The notes under the pieces are model-generated. The model had not been told where the DNA came from and did no database searches. It saw nothing but the letters and a program-made list of their open reading frames with translations. Positions 60,413 to 64,000 of a stretch of DNA of 64,000 nt are shown here, piece by piece. Numbering within the stretch: position 1 is the stretch's first letter; the number at the start of each line of letters is the position of its first letter. Made by a program: the position numbers and the translations under genes. Source of the DNA: an uncultured Gemmatimonadales bacterium (GTDB lineage: Bacteria > Gemmatimonadota > Gemmatimonadetes > Gemmatimonadales > GWC2-71-9); NCBI GenBank assembly GCA_963724265.1, contig CAVRTU010000004.1, forward strand, positions 133,263 through 197,262, written 5' to 3'.

Positions 60413-63400
60413 ATGCTCCTCATTCCTCTGGCGCTGACGCTCGCCGTCGTCGGCGCCACCGATACCGGCCAGACTGCCGCAAAGCAGGACAGCCTCCCGC
60501 TCAAGACCACCCGCACCGTCGCCTTCGAGACCACCGAGGGCACCTGGCTCTCGCTCGATGTCTCGCCCGACGGCCAGACCATCGTCTTCGAGCTGCTGGG
60601 CGACATCTACACCATGCCGGCCTCGGGAGGCACCGCTTCGCGGATCACCTCGGGGCCCGCCTTCGACTCCCAGCCCCGGTACTCGCCTGACGGCAAGCGG
60701 ATCGTCTTCCTCTCCGACCGCAGCGGCGCCGAAAACGTCTGGCTGATGAACGCCGACGGCTCGCTGCCCAAGCCGCTCACCAAGGGGGAGACGTCGCTGT
60801 TCGTCTCCCCGGAGTGGACGCCGGACGGCAAGTACATCGTGGCCTCGAAGACCGAGGGCGTCCTGGGCAGCGCCTATACGATGTGGATCTGGCACGTGGA
60901 CGGCGGGAGCGGCAGCAAGCTGATTACCGACAAGGGTGACGGCGCCCCCGGCGCCAGCCGGAGCACCACGATCTCGGCACTCGGCGCGGCCTTCGGGCCC
61001 GATGGCCGCTATGTCTGGTTCAGCCGGCACCGGGGCGGGTTCGGGTACAACCTGCAGTTTCCCGAATGGGAACTGGCCATCTACGACCGGGTGGAGGGCA
61101 AGGTCTTCCCGCAGACCGACACCTACGGCAGCGCCATGCGGCCGGTGCTCTCGCCCGACGGGCACTGGCTGGTCTACGGCACCCGGTTCGATGCCCAGAC
61201 CGGCCTCCGGCTCCGCGACCTGCGCACCGGCGACGAGCGCTGGCTGGCCTGGCCGGTGCGTGCGCGACGACCAGGAGTCGCGATACACCCGCGACCTGAT
61301 GCCCGGCTCCGTCCTTCACCCCGGACAGCAAGGCACTCATCACCTCCTGGGGCGGCAAGTTCAGGCGCGTCGACATCGCCACCGGAAATGCCACGGAAAT
61401 TCCGTTCACGGCGCAGGTCGAGCAGCAGCTGGGCCCACTGGTTCGCTTCGCGAACCGGGTGGATACCGGGGTGGTCGAGGTCAAGCAGGTCCGGAATCCG
61501 TCACTGTCGCCCGACGGGAAGCGCCATTGACGTTCAGCGCGCTCGACCGGGTCTACGTGATGGACTACCCCTCGGGGCGTCCACGCCGGCTGACTTCCAG
61601 CAACGAGCATGAGCAGGCGCCGGCCTGGTCGCCCGATGGGAAGTGGATCGCCTATATCACCTGGTCGGATTCAGGCGGAGCGCTCAAGCGGGTAAAGCAG
61701 CGGCGGGCGGCAAGCCCCGAGACGCTGACGAGTGAGCCGGCCTACTTCGATGCGCCGGCCTGGTCGCCCGACGGACAGCGGATCGTCTTCATCCACGGGC
61801 CCGCGGGCTCCAAGGATCATCGAGCGGAACGGGCCCGGCTACGACCTCTCCTGGATCCCGTCCAGCGGAGGCGCCATCACCCGGGTCCTGCCCACCAGCG
61901 GTGCCGGGCGGCCGCAGTTCAGCCGGAACCCGGAACGGATCTACCAGTACGACCCGTCCGAGGGTCTGGTCTCCTTCCGCTTCGACGGCACCGACCGACG
62001 GGTGCACCTGAAGATCACCGGCTACTCCTACCCCGGCCCCAACCAGGAGCCGAACCAGGCCGACGAGATCATGATCGCGCCCGACAGCGAACAGGTCGTC
62101 GCCCAGATCGGCAACAATGTCTACCTGGTGGCCCTGCCGGTCATCGGTGCGGTGGTTCCCAGCATCAGCATCAGCGATCCCAAGGGAGCGGCGTTTCCCG
62201 TCAAGCGGCTGACCAGGGTGGGCGGAGATTTCATCGCCTGGGCCCGCGACGCCAGGAGCATCACCTGGTCGATCGGGCATTCTTTCTTCCGCTACGTCCC
62301 GGTGATCGCCGACTCGCTGGAGAAGGTCAAGGCCCGCACCGACTCGATCCGCGCCGACTCGCTCAAGGCCGACACTGCCAAGGGGAAGCCGGACTCGGCC
62401 GCCAAGGCACGGGTCGATTCGCTCACCAAGCTCCCCGCCTACGACCCGCAGCGGACCGATGTGGTGATCGACGTGCCGCGCGACGTCCCGTCAGGGACGG
62501 TGGTGCTCCGCGGGGCGCGGATCATCTCGATGAAGGGCGACGAAGTCATCGAGCAGGGCGACGTGATCGTCCACGATGACAGAATCGTCTACGTCGGTCC
62601 GACTGGCGGCGGCAGCCCGCCCGCCGATGCGAAAATCATCGACGTCACCGGCAAGACGATCATCCCCGGCTTCGTCGACCTGCACGCCCACCCCTGGCCC
62701 ACCTGGGGGGTGCACGAGACCGAGGTCTGGAAGTACCTGGCCAATCTGGCCTGGGGGGTGACCACTACCCGCGACCCGCAGACCGCCACCACCGACGTGC
62801 TGACCTACGCCGACCTGGTGGAAGCCGGCGACCTGATCGGCCCCCGGATCTACCACACCGGCCCCGGGGTGTTCTGGGACGAGAACCTCCAGAGTCTCGA
62901 CGACGCCCGGAACGCGCTCAAGCGCTACAGCGAGTACTACAAGACGTTCACGATCAAGGAGTACATGACCGGGAACCGCAAGCAGCGCCAGTGGGTGATC
63001 ATGGCGGCCCAGGAGCTCAAGCTGATGCCCACGACGGAGGGCGGGCTCGACTTCAAGATGAACCTGACCGAGGCGCTGGACGGCTACCCGGGACACGAGC
63101 ACAGCTATCCGATCATGCCGCTTTATCGCGATGCAGTGCAGTTGATCGCGCAGTCGGGGATCACCTACACCCCGACGCTGCTGGTTTCCTACGGCGGGCC
63201 CTTCAGCGAGAACTACTTCTACGAGCACTACGACATCCACGACATGCCCAAGGTGCGCCGGTTCATTCCCCACGAGGAGATCGACCAGCGCGCCGAGCGG
63301 CGCGACGGATGGTTCCGGGACAACCAGTACGTCTTCCCGCTGATCGCGGCCAGCGCCAACGCGATCCTCCAGGCTGGTGGCAACGTCGGCTTCGGCGGCC

Positions 63401-63729
63401 ACGGCCAGCTCGACGGCCTGGGCGATCACTGGGAGCTCTGGGCCATGGCGGCGGGCGGGATGAAGCCGCACGACGTCCTGCGGGTGGCCACGATCAACGG
63501 CGCCCACGGCCTGGGCATGGACCAGGACCTGGGGAGCCTCGAGCCGGGCAAGTTCGCGGACCTGATCGTCCTCGACGCCAACCCGCTCGAGGACATCCAC
63601 AACACCAACACGATTCACTACGTGATGAAGAACGGCAGGCTCTACGACGGCAACACGCTCGACGAGGTCTGGCCCAGGCAGCGCTCGCTGCCGACGCCGT
63701 GGTGGTGGGGGCAGGACCCGAAGCAGTAG
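60413..63729 (+). pseudogene. Secreted TolB-like beta-propeller / amidohydrolase fusion protein (~1100 aa), 4 frame breaks (about 61258, 61308, 61525 and 61815)
   Basis: Repeated SPDG blades (SPDGQTIVF, SPDGKRIVF, TPDGKYIV, SPDGHWLVY, SPDGKR, SPDGKWIAY, SPDGQRIVF). Intact C-terminal ORF 61732..63729 with IIPGFVDLHAH and GKFADLIVLDANP. Confidence 0.85.
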
Positions 63730-63753
63730 CGTCGTCGGAAGATCGCCCGACCG

Positions 63754-64000
63754 CTACGGCACCACGCGCCAGGCCGCCATGTCCAGCGTTGCGGCGGGGG
63801 TAAGGCTCCGCCCCGCCACGACGATGCGGCTGGAGCCGTCGATCCCGATGCCCCGCCCCGCGTCATTGCCGCCGACGGCACCGGCCGCGCCGCCCTCGAC
63901 CAGGTAGCCGGCGCCGCCGAAGATCACGTCGGAAGTCCCGTCGGCCAGGAAGCGCCAGACGACCATGTCCAGGTCGCCGGCTGCCGTCGTGCTTTCGCCG
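63754..64000 (-). CDS. C-terminal part of a repeat protein (gene continues beyond the right edge)
   Basis: The minus frame is open to the window edge and ends ...FLADGTSDVIFGGAGYLVEGGAAGAVGGNDAGRGIGIDGSSRIVVAGRSLTPAATLDMAAWRVVP*. The Gly/Asp-rich beta-repeat look is the only basis for the call. Confidence 0.4.
   Translation of the reverse strand, partial: GESTTAAGDLDMVVWRFLADGTSDVIFGGAGYLVEGGAAGAVGGNDAGRGIGIDGSSRIVVAGRSLTPAATLDMAAWRVVP

Overview
High-GC bacterial chromosomal segment. The Ser/Thr-kinase/TolB fusions and many lipoproteins look like Gemmatimonadota/Acidobacteriota-type genomes, but that is inference only. I saw no rRNA, tRNA, CRISPR array, transposase or integrase. About 55 protein genes can be supported.

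Main locus (16.8-27.3 kb, minus strand): a nine-gene, tightly coupled periplasmic redox operon. It encodes a NapA-like molybdoenzyme whose canonical Mo-ligand Cys position reads Phe, then a membrane-anchored pentahaem protein built from two NapB-like dihaem modules. Next come a tetrahaem lipoprotein and two tandem paralogous modules of [NrfC-like Tat-lipoprotein FeS subunit, NrfD-like quinone subunit, stomatin/SPFH protein]. The two SPFH genes are almost identical at the DNA level. A 9-haem cytochrome c lipoprotein with an AT-rich, palindrome-bearing promoter lies convergent to this operon.

Second notable locus (34.7-44.3 kb, minus strand): a bacterial nurA-herA-(mgtA)-sbcD-sbcC string that recalls the archaeal herA-mre11-rad50-nurA operon.

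Other content:
- tldD/pmbA, an acyl-CoA synthetase and amidohydrolases
- a kinase-TolB fusion
- cspA, folE-queD, HU, tdk and coaE
- gcvH-gcvP-lipoyl ligase
- a Dpp/Opp-type ABC transporter
- csaA, ridA and phzF
- a catalytically degenerate DEAD-box/DbpA-like protein

Two families of intergenic repeats are present. One is a ~45-nt core with a covarying hairpin (4 copies). The other is hairpins whose arms are tandem G-rich heptamers/octamers.

Caveat: roughly 70 single-base frame breaks are concentrated in a few blocks (1-4.1, 32.5-33.3, 37.5-45.1, 48.5-52.4, 54.9-58.4 and 61.2-61.9 kb). About 36 kb in between has none. This pattern looks like assembly or polishing noise rather than biology. Genes in the affected blocks are given as full-length spans typed as pseudogene.
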